A DNA stretch of 64,000 nt from Phoronis australis (taxonomy: Eukaryota; Animalia; Phoronida): positions 1 to 64,000 of the forward strand of contig NMRA01000717.1 in NCBI GenBank assembly GCA_002633005.1, written 5' to 3'. Both the position numbers and the translations under genes were made by a program. The notes under the pieces were generated by a model. That model searched no databases and was not told the origin of the DNA. It saw nothing but the letters and a program-made list of their open reading frames with translations. Shown here in pieces: positions 62,302 to 64,000 of this stretch. The stretch's first letter is position 1, and every line of letters starts with the position of its first letter.

Positions 62302-64000
62302 TGGCCTCCACAGCTAGGGCGGACATGAGAGATTCGGTACAAATGTGGTAGCATCGGGAGCACGGGGACGTAGGGGGAAAGGGGGGTGACGGAGGTAGTG
62401 GCGATGGGGAGACTTGTTTGGCGAAGTCGGAATGGTTTGTGCTCCTCCAATATTTTTTGCCTTCCTACGGGCCTGTAACTACAATGAAAACTGAGTTAGT
62501 AATAATTTTGAATTTGCTTCGTTCCGATTCAAAGCACTTCACGTAATCATCGAGCCGTTCCCAGCCAAACTTCGCCCGAGTGGTATTTGCGTAGATGACA
62601 GGATTGTGCAGACGATTAGCGGAAGCTTTGTGTTACTCGTCGGCATTGAACACACGTCGTGGTGGCTACACCGTAGGGTGACAAGGTAGTCTAGTAGTAA
62701 ATGTCTATACCTCATGACCGCGTTTTCCCGTTCAGTGACTTTACCAGACGTAGGCGGTTCTGAGCGTGTGATAACATCTAGCTTCTTTGTTAACTGCCAA
62801 GCACAGTCTTTTGTCTGTTACGACAACAAGCAGGCCAATTATCTAGCAGGCTTATTACAGACCACCGTGTGAACACAGCCAAACTCAGAGTGAATTGGTG
62901 TATTCTGAAAGAATAGATTGTCTAACTTCGGTTGCAGTTGGGCGATTTTGGTGATTCACTTGAAAAGCTAAACATGATCACCATTTGACGAAGATTTCAG
63001 AAATGCTATTGGTTTATGTTCAAATATGTTATAACTCAACTTTTATTTTTAACAGCGCAACCCAGTCACTGTAGATACGATCTTATTGGCGATTAGAGCA
63101 ACTATCGAACAAAAGAGAGCTATTCTTCCAACCATGCCAGAGTGGAGTTAATCAGTCGCGTAGGAAGATATTGGCTACAGGGGTAAACTTCCCAACTTGT
63201 TGTTAGTCAGTTGGGAGCAACGGGAAAACGCCGTAACGTAGCTAAGCTATACAGCAGCTAGAAAGCTCCCAAAAGTATAGTGCGGCGTGAATGCTTTAAA
63301 CAAATCGACCAAGAAACAAACAGGTAAAAAATAGATTTGTTATGTAATATTGCCTGCTAGCATAGTACGGTAAAGGGCATGCATTTTCAAATTTGGAATT
63401 GAAAGTGTTCGTCAAATATGTTGTTTATCCAGTGCCACTTCGATTGTGGCCTGGTGGATTGACATGCATGGGTGTACAGACGTGTGTGTGCGTTTCCGTC
63501 CTTTTAAATTCATTCAATACAAGCCGACGGTTAATTAACTATATACAGCCCTCCGTCGTTGCTCAAAACCAGAATTTAACTATAACCGTGTTTTCATACA
63601 CTGAGAAAACTCCGACGACCATGTTCACTGATTTTTGGGGAAGAGTAGGTCTAGACCCAATAAAAACTTTGGTCAATGAAGAAAGACTTCTCTTGTCAAT
63701 AGTAACAATGATGCACAGCCTCACAGACTTAGTCATATGAGCAACAAACTTGATGGAAAAGATTTCGAAGGTTAAAATAAATGCCAGGTGACTATTCCGA
63801 AGGTTCGCTATTTCGGAAGGTCCACTGCGGGCTCCGAAGGTTCGCCACCTTCGAACCACCCCCGGCGCAATCATGCTGGCTACGGTACCACACCGACCGA
63901 TTGTGTTAGCCGGTCAGCTTTCACGGAGGTTCGTAATGAGGGCTGGCAATATCTGAAATCATTTCCATGCAATGAGAGTTATGTAAACGTACAAATTCCA

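Noticed and set aside
62560-63874. Possible gene or exons at the right end of the window
   Set aside because: Short open frames only, with no recognisable motifs or consistent splice chain; the cgaaggttcg repeats suggest a MITE fragment.

Overview
AT-rich, intron-rich animal (invertebrate-like) genomic DNA from a draft assembly; the species cannot be determined from the sequence, and most entries in the ORF track are spurious. Two convergent genes can be rebuilt exon by exon with GT-AG junctions and matching phases. One is a 12-exon CYP4-clan cytochrome P450 (+, 3693-15322, 513 aa) with an atypical I-helix ([13 protein letters not shown]). The other is a 16-exon SVOP / SV2-related MFS transporter (-, 53995-21741, 526 aa). 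Six near-identical tandem duplications are each joined by a single N and are best read as uncollapsed haplotypes. Introns contain MITEs, tRNA-derived SINEs, minisatellites and two copies of a Helentron/DINE-1-like element. The most notable observations are: (i) that element carries a ~145-bp-period array of CTCF-like motifs; (ii) a 19-bp minisatellite multiplies the SVOP exon-4 splice acceptor seven times while keeping the frame from acceptors 1, 4 and 7; (iii) a near-perfect 99-nt fold-back element sits 12 nt into SVOP intron 1; (iv) the CYP lacks the CYP4 heme-linking glutamate. No prokaryotic-type system, CRISPR array, rRNA or genuine tRNA was seen.
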